From positions 1-46,046 of the forward strand of contig JACQVP010000087.1 of NCBI GenBank assembly GCA_016209715.1: 46,046 bases of DNA, in the 5' to 3' direction. Positions within the stretch are counted from its first letter, which is position 1; every line of letters begins with the position of its first letter. Position numbers and translations under genes: made by a program. This document shows positions 17,184 to 26,602 of this stretch, piece after piece. Source of the stretch: Candidatus Omnitrophota bacterium. GTDB taxonomy: Bacteria; Omnitrophota; Omnitrophia; Omnitrophales; Omnitrophaceae. The notes beneath the pieces are model-generated. The model saw only the letters and a list, made by a program, of their open reading frames with translations, searched no databases and was not told where the DNA came from.

Positions 17184-18613
17184 TGAAACTCCAAGAACCG
17201 CTGATCCCCAAACCCGTTCCCGAATTTCCCGGCATGTGGAAGGCCATGGGGCCGGCCGTGATTTGGCTCGCCCTGGCTCAAGGGAGCGGGGAGCTGATCT
17301 GGTGGCCCTACATGATCGCCAAATACGGCCTCGCGTTCTTGTTCCTGCTGGTTCCCGCCTGCCTGCTCCAGTATCCGCTGAATTATCAGATCGGTGCCTA
17401 CACGCTGCTCACAGGTGAAAGCATCTTCCAGGGATTCATCCGGCTCAACCGTTTTTTTTCACTTTATCTGTGGGTCCTGATGACCCTTTCGTTTCTATGG
17501 TTCGGCGCTTTTGCCGGGGCGGGGGGGACGTCGCTCGCGGCCCTGACGCATTTTCCGCACGGGTGGAGCGGAAAGGGGCAGACCCTTTTCTGGGCTTATC
17601 TTTCCATGGGGATTTTTTTCGCCGGGCTCATGTTGAGCAAGGTGGTGTACCGGTTCATCGAAAGGACCATGTGGTTCGTCGCGGCCGTGACCCTGGCCGG
17701 ATTGATGGTCGCCTGCTCACATGCCGACGTCGTCAAGGCGGCGGGTGATTTTTTCCGGGGGCTCCTGGTCCCGCAATGGCCCCTCCCGCGGCCCTGGGAA
17801 TGGAAGGACGCGACCAAATTGCTCACGGCCGTGACCTTTGCGGGATTGGGGGGCTTCTGGACGCTTTTTTATTCTTACTGGCTGCGGGAAAAAGGCGCCG
17901 GCATGGCCGCTTACATGGGCCACGTGACCGGGCCGATCACCGGAAAAAAGGAGCTGATCCCTCAGTCCGGTTTCACGTTTGCCGGGACCGAAGAGGACTG
18001 GCGGCGCTTGAAGAAATGGAAGAAATATCTGGCGGCGGATTCGGCGGCCGGGATCGCCGGAAACATCGCCACCACGCTGATGACCTGCCTGCTGGCCTAC
18101 GCGCTCCTGTACCCTCAGGGAATCCTGCCGGACCGCTATGAAATCGCCGTGGTCCAGGCCCGTTTTTTCGAAGTCAGCTGGGGCGTCGCGGGGCGCCTCA
18201 TATTTCTATTCGTCGCCGCCTGTTTCCTCTCCGACACGTGGCTCACGACCCTCGATGCCGTGAGCCGCATCCACACGGACTTCTTCCAGAATTTCTTTCC
18301 CGGCTTCAAGAGGTTCAGTTTTTTGCAGGGGTACTATTTCTTCGTTTTTCTGCTGACCGCCGTCACGGGGATCACCATTTTGTTCAACGAGCCCGGGCCG
18401 CTCATCCTTTTGAGCGCCGTGATCGGGTTCGTGGGGACGGTGAGCTTTTCGGTCGGGCTGATCTTTCTGAATTACCGGCGGCTTCCGGAATTGGTTCCGG
18501 CGGGCGCCGTGCCGGGCCGGTTTTTCTTCTGGGGTTTGGTGCTGGCGACGGCGTGTTACGCGGCGCTCGCGGTGCTGTACTTCGGGACGCTCATGTTTCA
18601 GCCGCGGATTTGA
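17183..18613 (+). CDS. Polytopic membrane transporter, Nramp-related (tentative)
   Basis: About 11-12 hydrophobic helices. The N-terminal GPAVIWLALAQGSGELIWWPYMIAKYG resembles Nramp-related transporter families, but the canonical DPGN motif is absent. Confidence 0.5.
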   Translation: MKLQEPLIPKPVPEFPGMWKAMGPAVIWLALAQGSGELIWWPYMIAKYGLAFLFLLVPACLLQYPLNYQIGAYTLLTGESIFQGFIRLNRFFSLYLWVLMTLSFLWFGAFAGAGGTSLAALTHFPHGWSGKGQTLFWAYLSMGIFFAGLMLSKVVYRFIERTMWFVAAVTLAGLMVACSHADVVKAAGDFFRGLLVPQWPLPRPWEWKDATKLLTAVTFAGLGGFWTLFYSYWLREKGAGMAAYMGHVTGPITGKKELIPQSGFTFAGTEEDWRRLKKWKKYLAADSAAGIAGNIATTLMTCLLAYALLYPQGILPDRYEIAVVQARFFEVSWGVAGRLIFLFVAACFLSDTWLTTLDAVSRIHTDFFQNFFPGFKRFSFLQGYYFFVFLLTAVTGITILFNEPGPLILLSAVIGFVGTVSFSVGLIFLNYRRLPELVPAGAVPGRFFFWGLVLATACYAALAVLYFGTLMFQPRI

Positions 18614-19542
18614 GCGAGCTGAGAGGCTTGATACTGCTTGATGTCTTCGATGATTTTCAGCGCCACTTCCAGGGCGCGGCGGGCGCCGACGTCCGGGTTC
18701 CCGACGCCGGCGCCGGAACGGATCGCGTCCACGAAGTCGATCAATTCATTCCGCAGCGATTCTTCCTTGGTGATGTCGATTTGCTCCCGATTGATGGCGT
18801 TGTTGTCCTTGGTGAAGATCTGCGCCGTCTGGGCCCCGTAATCCAAAGAGATATAGGCATTGTCCTGGAAGATGCGGATCTTCCTTTGCCGCTCGGGAGT
18901 CAGGCGCGAGGCGGTGAGGTCCGCGATGCACCCGCTCTTGAAACGGATCCGGACGTTGGCGATGTCTTCGAACGGGGTGAGGACGTTGATGCCCACGGCG
19001 TCCAGGCTCTGAATCTCGGAGCCGACCAGGCCGAACAGGATATCGATGTCGTGGATCATGAGGTCCAGCACCACGCCGCAATCGTTGATGCGCGGGGTGA
19101 ATGGGCCCAGGCGGTGAATTTCAACGAAACGGATGTTGCGGATGACTTTTTCCACCGCCTTGAAACCGGCGTTGAACCGCTCGACATGGCCGACCCGGAG
19201 CACGGCCTTGTGCGCCAGGGCGGATTCGATGAGTTCATCCGCCTGCTTGAGGGTGCTGGTGATCGGTTTTTCCACCAGGCTGTGAACGCCTGCCGCTAAA
19301 AAATCCTTGGCCACGGCGTGATGCTGGGAGGTGGGTACGGCGACGCTGACGGCTTGGACTTTGGGAAGCAATTCCCGGTGATCCCGGTAAAACGGGACGC
19401 CTAAATCGCGGGCCCTCTGTTCCATCGCGGGATCCAGATCGCAAACCCCGGCCAATTCGACGTTTTCAAGCTGAGAATAAATGCGGGCGTGTTCCTTGCC
19501 GAGATGGCCGATTCCCACGACCCCTACAGCCAATTTTTTCAT
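18598..19542 (-). CDS. Gfo/Idh/MocA-family NAD(P)-dependent oxidoreductase (possible GnnA-like sugar-nucleotide dehydrogenase)
   Basis: N-terminal Rossmann motif VGVVGIGHLGKEH plus a Gfo/Idh/MocA C-terminal domain. The lipid A context suggests a GnnA-like role, but that is inference only. Confidence 0.8.
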   Translation of the reverse strand: MKKLAVGVVGIGHLGKEHARIYSQLENVELAGVCDLDPAMEQRARDLGVPFYRDHRELLPKVQAVSVAVPTSQHHAVAKDFLAAGVHSLVEKPITSTLKQADELIESALAHKAVLRVGHVERFNAGFKAVEKVIRNIRFVEIHRLGPFTPRINDCGVVLDLMIHDIDILFGLVGSEIQSLDAVGINVLTPFEDIANVRIRFKSGCIADLTASRLTPERQRKIRIFQDNAYISLDYGAQTAQIFTKDNNAINREQIDITKEESLRNELIDFVDAIRSGAGVGNPDVGARRALEVALKIIEDIKQYQASQLAQIRG

Positions 19543-19548
19543 GGCCGG

Positions 19549-19577
19549 ACTATATCAGATAGGCTTTTAATAGTCAA
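19549..19577 (-). promoter_or_regulatory. Near-consensus promoter TTGACT-N17-TGaTATAGT placed for a leaderless transcript
   Basis: Minus-strand reading: TTGACT at 19577-19572 and TATAGT at 19554-19549, preceded by TGa. Only CCGGCC (6 nt) lies between the hexamer and ATG 19542, and there is no SD. Confidence 0.55.
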
Positions 19578-19660
19578 TGAATCTAAGTTTATACAAACAA
19601 TGGGGTTAAAACTAAAAATCCAGAAATTCCATTCCGGACAAGTTAAAACCTGTGAAAGGC

Positions 19661-19690
19661 TTGGGGATTGAAACCGTCTTGTGATAAGAT
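19661..19690 (+). promoter_or_regulatory. Promoter TTGGGG-N18-TGaTAAGAT placed for a leaderless msbA transcript
   Basis: TTGGGG at 19661-19666 and TG-a-TAAGAT at 19682-19690. Six nt (ACGCCC) precede ATG 19697, and there is no SD. Confidence 0.4.
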
Positions 19691-19696
19691 ACGCCC

Positions 19697-21445
19697 ATGA
19701 ATATTTACCGAAGGCTTCTGCAATATCTTTTGCCGCATAGAGTTAGATTGTTTTCGGCAATGGCCGCCATGTTTGCCTTTTCCATTTTCAATGCCCTTGT
19801 TTCGGCGGCTTTGTACGTTATTTTTAACGGTTTTTTCAATCAGGGCCAAGTCATCATCAAGGACCTGCCTTATCTCGGGGAGCAGACGCTCGTATTTTCC
19901 GCCCGGATCGTCCCGTTTTTCGTGATCGCAGTTTTCTTGCTGCGGGGCGCCTTCGACTTTCTGTCCAATTATCTGATGTCTAACATCGGCCTCCGGGTCG
20001 TCATGAAAGTCCGGAACGACCTCTACGACCACATGATCCGGCTGTCGCAAAAGTTTTATTCCCATGGCCGGACCGGAGACATGATTTCGCGCATCATGAG
20101 CGACGTGGCCTACATTCAGGGCTCGGTCACCGACGTCATCGTCGATTTGGTCAAACAGCCGCTGATCATTATCTTCAACATTCCCATGGCGTTCATTTGG
20201 GGCGGGAAGCTGGCCGTGGTGGCCCTGGTGACTTTTCCGATTGTGGCGATCCCCATCACGGTGCTCGGAAAACGCCTGAGAAAAATCACCCGCAACATGC
20301 AGGAACGGACGGCCGACATCACCTCCATTCTGGAGGAGACTTTTACCGGGATCCGCGTGGTCAAGGCCTTCAACATGGAGCAGAGAGAAATTTCCAAATT
20401 CGAGGCCGTGAACAAGAGCGTCTTCAATTTCTTCAAGAAAATGCTCAAGATCACGCTCATTCAGCGGCCTTTGGTCGAAGTGATGGGGGCGGTGGGCGCT
20501 GCGATCGCTATCTGGTTCGGCATGCAGTATCTTTCGGCGGACCGGTTTGTCGCGTTCATCGGCGCCATGTTTATATTTTACGAACCGTTGAAGAAATTGA
20601 GCAAGGTGAACAGCAACATCCAGCAATCCATCGGCGCCGGGACCCGTATTTTCGAAATCATCGATCAGGAGCCGGACGTGCAGGACGCCCCGTCCGCCGT
20701 GCCTTTTCGCGAAGCCGTCCGGGAAATCGAGTTCTCGAACGTTTCCTTCCGCTACGTCGAAGACCGGGACGTCTTGAAGGACATCAATCTCCGGGTGGAG
20801 GCGGGCGAAGTGATTGCCCTGGTGGGGGCGAGCGGTTCCGGGAAGACTTCTTTGGTGAATCTCCTGCCGCGGTTTTACGATCCCACGAGCGGGAGTTTGC
20901 GGATCAACGGCCGGGACATCCGGGAATTCAAGGTCAAGACGCTGCGGGACCAGATAGGATTGGTGAGCCAGGAGATTGTCCTTTTCAATGACACGATCCG
21001 CGGCAACATCGCATACGGCAAGCCGGGCGCCACGTTCGAAGAAATTGTCCGTGCCGCCGAGGCGGCTTATGCCGACGATTTCATCCGGGAATTGGACAAG
21101 GGGTATGATTCCTGGATCGGGGAAAAGGGGTTCCTCCTTTCCGGCGGCCAAAGGCAGAGGATCGCCATCGCCCGCGCCATGCTGAAGAACCCTCCCATTC
21201 TGATTCTGGATGAAGCCACTTCGCAATTGGACACCGAGAGCGAGAGGGAGGTCCAGCGGGCGCTTGAAAACCTCATGCAGGGAAAGACGGCCTTCGTGAT
21301 TGCCCACCGGCTTTCCACGGTCCAAAAGGCGGACCGAATCCTCGTCCTGGACGAAGGCCGGATTGTCCAGCAGGGGACGAGCGAGTCCCTCCTTCGTGAG
21401 GACGGTCCGTATCGCCGGCTTCACGACCTCCAATTCAATCTTTAA
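19697..21445 (+). CDS. msbA: ABC exporter, MsbA-like lipid A/LPS flippase (fused TMD-NBD)
   Basis: A six-helix ABC exporter TMD followed by an NBD (GASGSGKTS, LSGGQRQR, ILILDEATS). Located in the lipid A block. Confidence 0.8.
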   Translation: MNIYRRLLQYLLPHRVRLFSAMAAMFAFSIFNALVSAALYVIFNGFFNQGQVIIKDLPYLGEQTLVFSARIVPFFVIAVFLLRGAFDFLSNYLMSNIGLRVVMKVRNDLYDHMIRLSQKFYSHGRTGDMISRIMSDVAYIQGSVTDVIVDLVKQPLIIIFNIPMAFIWGGKLAVVALVTFPIVAIPITVLGKRLRKITRNMQERTADITSILEETFTGIRVVKAFNMEQREISKFEAVNKSVFNFFKKMLKITLIQRPLVEVMGAVGAAIAIWFGMQYLSADRFVAFIGAMFIFYEPLKKLSKVNSNIQQSIGAGTRIFEIIDQEPDVQDAPSAVPFREAVREIEFSNVSFRYVEDRDVLKDINLRVEAGEVIALVGASGSGKTSLVNLLPRFYDPTSGSLRINGRDIREFKVKTLRDQIGLVSQEIVLFNDTIRGNIAYGKPGATFEEIVRAAEAAYADDFIRELDKGYDSWIGEKGFLLSGGQRQRIAIARAMLKNPPILILDEATSQLDTESEREVQRALENLMQGKTAFVIAHRLSTVQKADRILVLDEGRIVQQGTSESLLREDGPYRRLHDLQFNL

Positions 21446-21448
21446 CCC

Positions 21449-21469
21449 CTTGTGCGCCAAGCTTTTTTT
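21449..21469 (+). terminator. Weak intrinsic terminator candidate after msbA
   Basis: CTTG-tgcgc-CAAG hairpin followed by C and then a T7 run (21463-21469). The stem is only 4 bp. Confidence 0.3.
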
Positions 21470-21473
21470 GTCC

Positions 21474-21501
21474 TTGCCGCGGAGGATGAATATGCTATAA
21501 T
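21474..21501 (+). promoter_or_regulatory. rpsB promoter TTGCCG-N16-TGcTATAAT
   Basis: TTGCCG at 21474-21479 and an extended -10 TGcTATAAT at 21493-21501. Predicts a ~91-nt leader ending in an AAAGGAG SD. Confidence 0.5.
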
Positions 21502-21598
21502 CACCGGCTAAATCTCACGACCTTCCGTAGATCGCGGGATCTCGATCGTTCAAATCACCAGGAATCCGATTGCAAGATTAAAGGAGAACTACGTTTAC

Positions 21599-22567
21599 AT
21601 GGTCAGTTTAAATGTGAAGCAGCTGCTTGAAGCGGGCGTCCACTTTGGGCACCAGACGCGCCACTGGCACCCCAAGATGAAGCGCTATATCTTTGGGCAA
21701 AGAAACGGGATTTATATCATCGACCTTGAAAAAACGATGGCTGGATTGGAGAAGGCCTGCCGCTTTTTGAAGGAGACCGCCGAGAAGGGCGGCACCGTGT
21801 TGTTCGTCGGCACCAAGAAGCAGGCCCAGGAACCCATCCAGAAGGCGGCTGCCAAATGCAACATGCCGTACGTGACCCAGCGCTGGCTCGGCGGGATGCT
21901 CACGAATTTCGAGACCATCCGCAGGAGCATCGCCCGTTTGGAGGCCATCGAAAAGATGGAAGCGGAAGGCACGTACCAGTTTCTGACCAAAAAGGAAGTT
22001 TCCTGCCTGAAGAAGGAGAGAGACAAGCTCAACAAGGTCCTTTTGGGTGTCCGAACCATGGCGCGCCTTCCCCAGGCGGTTTTCATCGTGGATCCGGGCA
22101 AAGAATCTATTTCCCTCCAGGAGGCGTCTAAGCTCGGAATCACGGTCGTGGCGTTGATCGATACCAACACGGATCCCGATTTGGTGGATTATGTGGTCCC
22201 GGGCAATGATGATGCTATTCGGTCCATCACCCTCATCTGTGATCTCGTGGCTCAATCCGTGGCGGAAGGGCATGAAAGATTTCTGACCCTGAAGGCCCAG
22301 GAGGAGGCACGGGTGGCTGCCGAGGCCGAGGCGCGCGAGAGAGAAAGGCTGGCCCGCGAAGAGGAATTGGCGCGGCAGGCGAAGGAAAAGGCCGATGCGG
22401 AAGCGGCGGCGAAGGAAGCCGGACTGAAGGCCGCGGAAGAAACGGAAGAAGATCCGGCCGCACCGGCCGCGGACGACGATACCCTGGTGGAAAAGTTTGA
22501 TGAGTTCGGCAAGGCGCGTACCCCTTCCAAATCCAAAGTCCGCAAGGGTTCCAAGGTCAAAGAATAA
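21599..22567 (+). CDS. rpsB: 30S ribosomal protein S2 with long acidic/Ala-rich C-terminal tail
   Basis: VKQLLEAGVHFGHQTRHWHPKM and the rest of the S2 core, then a ~95-aa E/A/K-rich extension. Confidence 0.95.
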   Translation: MVSLNVKQLLEAGVHFGHQTRHWHPKMKRYIFGQRNGIYIIDLEKTMAGLEKACRFLKETAEKGGTVLFVGTKKQAQEPIQKAAAKCNMPYVTQRWLGGMLTNFETIRRSIARLEAIEKMEAEGTYQFLTKKEVSCLKKERDKLNKVLLGVRTMARLPQAVFIVDPGKESISLQEASKLGITVVALIDTNTDPDLVDYVVPGNDDAIRSITLICDLVAQSVAEGHERFLTLKAQEEARVAAEAEARERERLAREEELARQAKEKADAEAAAKEAGLKAAEETEEDPAAPAADDDTLVEKFDEFGKARTPSKSKVRKGSKVKE

Positions 22568-22596
22568 GAGTCACCGATTCAACGGAGGCGAGATCC

Positions 22597-24148
<1,552 letters not shown>

Positions 24149-24175
24149 TTTTTTTCAGGGAAGGGGGACAAAGAG

Positions 24176-24748
24176 ATGCAGACGCTCACGACGCTCAAGC
24201 AAGTCATTCAGGAAGTGACCGCACGCATGGAAAAGGGACTGGAGGCCACGCGCCGGGAATTCCAGAACTTGAGGACCGGGCGCGCGTCGGTCCATCTGGT
24301 CGAAGGCATTATGGTCGACTATTACAGCACCCCAACGCCCATCAAGGCCCTGGGATCGGTTTCCACGCCGGACGCCAAGACCATTCTGATCCAGCCTTGG
24401 GACGCGAGCGTTCTGGGCGAGATCGAGAAGTCAATCCAGGCGTCGCCGCTCGGGATCACCCCCGAAAATGACGGCAAGGTCGTCCGCCTGCGCATCCCGC
24501 CGCTCACCGACGAGCGGCGCGCCGAACTGGCCCGTTTCATCAAAAAAGTGGCCGAGGAAGGCCGGGTCTCGATCCGGAACGCGCGGCATGAGGCCAATGA
24601 GGCGGTCAAACGGCTGGAGAAGGAAAAGATCGCCACCCAGGATGATTCGCAGAAGACCCAAAAGGAAATCCAGAAGCTGACCGACAAATACATCGAGCTC
24701 GTGGAACAGAGCCTCGCGAAGAAAGAATTGGAAATCAAAGAGATCTGA
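24176..24748 (+). CDS. frr: Ribosome recycling factor
   Basis: 190 aa with typical RRF blocks (LRTGRASVHLVEGIMVDYY, IRNARHEANEAVKRLEKE). pyrH-frr synteny. Confidence 0.95.
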   Translation: MQTLTTLKQVIQEVTARMEKGLEATRREFQNLRTGRASVHLVEGIMVDYYSTPTPIKALGSVSTPDAKTILIQPWDASVLGEIEKSIQASPLGITPENDGKVVRLRIPPLTDERRAELARFIKKVAEEGRVSIRNARHEANEAVKRLEKEKIATQDDSQKTQKEIQKLTDKYIELVEQSLAKKELEIKEI

Positions 24749-24757
24749 TCGGGCCGC

Positions 24758-25216
24758 TTGATGAAAAAGGCCGTCGGGATTGCCCTGCTGTTGTGTTTCC
24801 TCGCCACCCCTTTGTGGTCCGCGAAAACTCTGGACGAGCTTTTTAACGAGGCCGCCGTTTTTCTTCAGGACGGAAAATACGACGAGGCCGTGGCCAAATA
24901 CCTGGAGGCGATCGAGCTCGATCCCAAATCGGTTTTGGCCTATAATCTCTTGGGGATGGCCTTTCGATTCCGTTACGCGCTCACCCGGAACGAACAGGAC
25001 AAAAAAGACGAAATCGCCGCGTTTGAAGAAGCCATCAAGATCGATCCCGATTACTGGGTTTCCCTGATCAATCTCGGGGCCACTTATCATTATCTGGGCA
25101 ATGACGGCAAGGCCGCGCCATATTTTAAAAAGGCCCTGGAAATTTATCCGGAGCATCCCGAGGCCCCGTTTTTCCGGGAGATCATCCGGGCCGGGGATAA
25201 ATCCAAACAATCTTGA
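24758..25216 (+). CDS. Secreted TPR-repeat protein
   Basis: Signal peptide (AVGIALLLCFLATPLWSA) followed by about three TPR units (AVAKYLEAIELDP, AAFEEAIKIDP, YFKKALEIYP). Confidence 0.8.
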   Translation: MMKKAVGIALLLCFLATPLWSAKTLDELFNEAAVFLQDGKYDEAVAKYLEAIELDPKSVLAYNLLGMAFRFRYALTRNEQDKKDEIAAFEEAIKIDPDYWVSLINLGATYHYLGNDGKAAPYFKKALEIYPEHPEAPFFREIIRAGDKSKQS

Positions 25217-25250
25217 TTCGCCTTTGTTGCGTAAGGGCTGAGTGGATGAC

Positions 25251-25323
25251 GGGGGCGTAGCTCAGTTGGTAGAGCACCACCCTTTTAAGGTGGGTGTCGT
25301 TGGTTCGAACCCAACCGCCCTCA
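25251..25323 (+). tRNA. tRNA-Lys (anticodon UUU)
   Basis: Hand-folded cloverleaf:
- acceptor stem GGGGGCG/CGCCCTC (one G-U pair)
- D arm GCTC-AGTTGGTA-GAGC
- anticodon arm CCACC-CTTTTAA-GGTGG
- variable loop GTGTC
- T arm GTTGG-TTCGAAC-CCAAC
- discriminator A
The CCA end is not encoded. Confidence 0.9.
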
Positions 25324-25367
25324 GTTTCTCTAAGCCGTCAGTTTCCGCCAAGCGGAGAGCAAAGGAC

Positions 25368-25904
25368 ATGCGACCAACACGGCTCGATTGTCTCCGAATT
25401 TTATCTTTTTTTGCGTTCGGAGCGCTGATCATGAACGGTTGCGCGCGAGCGTCCGTGAAGGACCCGTATTCTGCCGCTCCGGCAGACGTGCTTTTGAGCC
25501 CGCAGCCGGATTTCCAAGTTTACCGACTTCGATTGCCCGCCGAGGCGGTGCCCAGCGAGGGGCTGAAGATCCGTTACCTGCTCGACCGCATCCGGGACTC
25601 GAAAAACAGTTTCATGCGCAACGGGGAATCGCACAACGGCAGGGACGCATCCCGCTGGCTGGGCTACAAGATGGTCCATTGGGTCCAGGGAGTCGAGACG
25701 GCGGAGGATTTTGTGAACCGCGTCGCTTCTTTTTCCCAGAAAACCGGCCAGCCTTACCTGGTCCGCTGCGCGGACGGCAAGACGTATCTTTTGAAAAACA
25801 TCCTCCGCTGCGAGCTTCAGACGTTTGAACAGCATGTTCGCGGGAACGGCACCCTCGAAAATTATCTGGACGTCCGCCGGATTCAGGATTCGGGGCTGCA
25901 GTGA
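25368..25904 (+). CDS. Lipoprotein, DUF5329-like (tentative)
   Basis: ATG 25368 after GGAGAGCAAAGGA. Lipobox LIMNGC. The IRYLLDRIRDSKNSFMRNGESHNGRDASRWL and GQPYLVRCADGKTYLLKNIL blocks resemble DUF5329 as I recall it. The ORF-track start at 25242 overlaps the tRNA and is rejected. Confidence 0.5.
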   Translation: MRPTRLDCLRILSFFAFGALIMNGCARASVKDPYSAAPADVLLSPQPDFQVYRLRLPAEAVPSEGLKIRYLLDRIRDSKNSFMRNGESHNGRDASRWLGYKMVHWVQGVETAEDFVNRVASFSQKTGQPYLVRCADGKTYLLKNILRCELQTFEQHVRGNGTLENYLDVRRIQDSGLQ

Positions 25905-25908
25905 ATCG

Positions 25909-25937
25909 TTGATTCACGGTCCCGGAGGCCTTATAAT
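25909..25937 (+). promoter_or_regulatory. Promoter TTGATT-N17-TATAAT for the GST-DUF429-pepN unit
   Basis: TTGATT at 25909-25914 and TATAAT at 25932-25937, with an exact 17-nt spacer. The -35 lies inside the palindrome GTGAATCgttGATTCAC (25901-25917). Confidence 0.5.
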
Positions 25938-25981
25938 GCCGCAGTTCGATGTTTTATTAACCGTTGAATGAGGAGCTAGTC

Positions 25982-26602
25982 ATGATTGAGATTTATTACG
26001 CGCCGCCTTCGATCTACTGCAGAAAAGTTTTGGCGGTGCTCGAGGAAAAAGATTTGGATTACGAAATCAAGCGTTTGAGCTTCGAGGCCGGGGACCTCGA
26101 GAGCGAGGATTATCTGAAGATCAATCCGAACGGGGAGGTCCCGGCGCTCAAGGACGAAGACACGGTGATTTATGAATCTACCGCCATCATCGAGTATTTG
26201 AATGACGAATACCCGTCCGAGCCCCTCCTTCCCGAAGACTCGGCCGGACGGGCGCAGGCCCGGCTCGTCGAAGATTATTGCGATCTGCATGTCTATCCCG
26301 TCCTGGTCGATTGCTACCTCAAGAAAGAAGTGCAGCACGAAGACCTCGCCGATGCCGATCTGGCTGCCGTGAAGCAGACCATGAAGCGGCTGGACGCATA
26401 CCTCGGCAAAAAGGAATTCATTGCCGGCGCCTTCTCTCTCGCCGACTGCGCCGCGATGCCCATCGTGGCCACGCTGGAATTTTTGGAAATTTTCGACGTC
26501 GTCTCGGACATGCCCGCGCTCAAGGCTTACTTTAAGCGTCTGAAGGCGAGGCCGGGATACAAGGGCGCGAAAATGCTTTCGTTGGAGCCTGCGGCCAGCT
26601 GA
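25982..26602 (+). CDS. Glutathione S-transferase
   Basis: Thioredoxin-like N domain (MIEIYYAPPSIYCRKVLAVLEEKDLDYE, NPNGEVPALKDEDTVIYESTAIIEYL) plus a helical C domain. ATG 25982 follows GAGGAG by 7 nt. The ORF-track start is 25964. Confidence 0.85.
   Translation: MIEIYYAPPSIYCRKVLAVLEEKDLDYEIKRLSFEAGDLESEDYLKINPNGEVPALKDEDTVIYESTAIIEYLNDEYPSEPLLPEDSAGRAQARLVEDYCDLHVYPVLVDCYLKKEVQHEDLADADLAAVKQTMKRLDAYLGKKEFIAGAFSLADCAAMPIVATLEFLEIFDVVSDMPALKAYFKRLKARPGYKGAKMLSLEPAAS

Noticed and set aside
17144-17281. 46-codon N-terminal extension of lpxB in the ORF track
   Set aside because: The conserved LpxB N-terminus (KIFLIAGEASGD) begins right after ATG 17143. The extension would cover the divergent promoter and the start of the neighbouring gene.
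19643-21460. 605-aa minus-strand ORF opposite msbA. Similar cases are 5028-6821 (597 aa, opposite folC/purH), 6643-7977 (444 aa, opposite mnmE), 9718-11013 (431 aa, opposite nrdJ), 37224-38777 (517 aa, opposite malQ) and 43746-45350 (534 aa, opposite the kinase).
   Set aside because: This is the same compositional artefact. Each lies exactly antisense to a gene with strong family motifs, has low-complexity R/G/P/H-rich sequence, and begins and ends inside the sense gene.
25242-25367. ORF-track start of the 220-aa ORF that reads through the tRNA-Lys gene
   Set aside because: The first 42 codons are the tRNA itself read as protein. ATG 25368 with an upstream GGAG-type RBS gives a normal lipoprotein signal.
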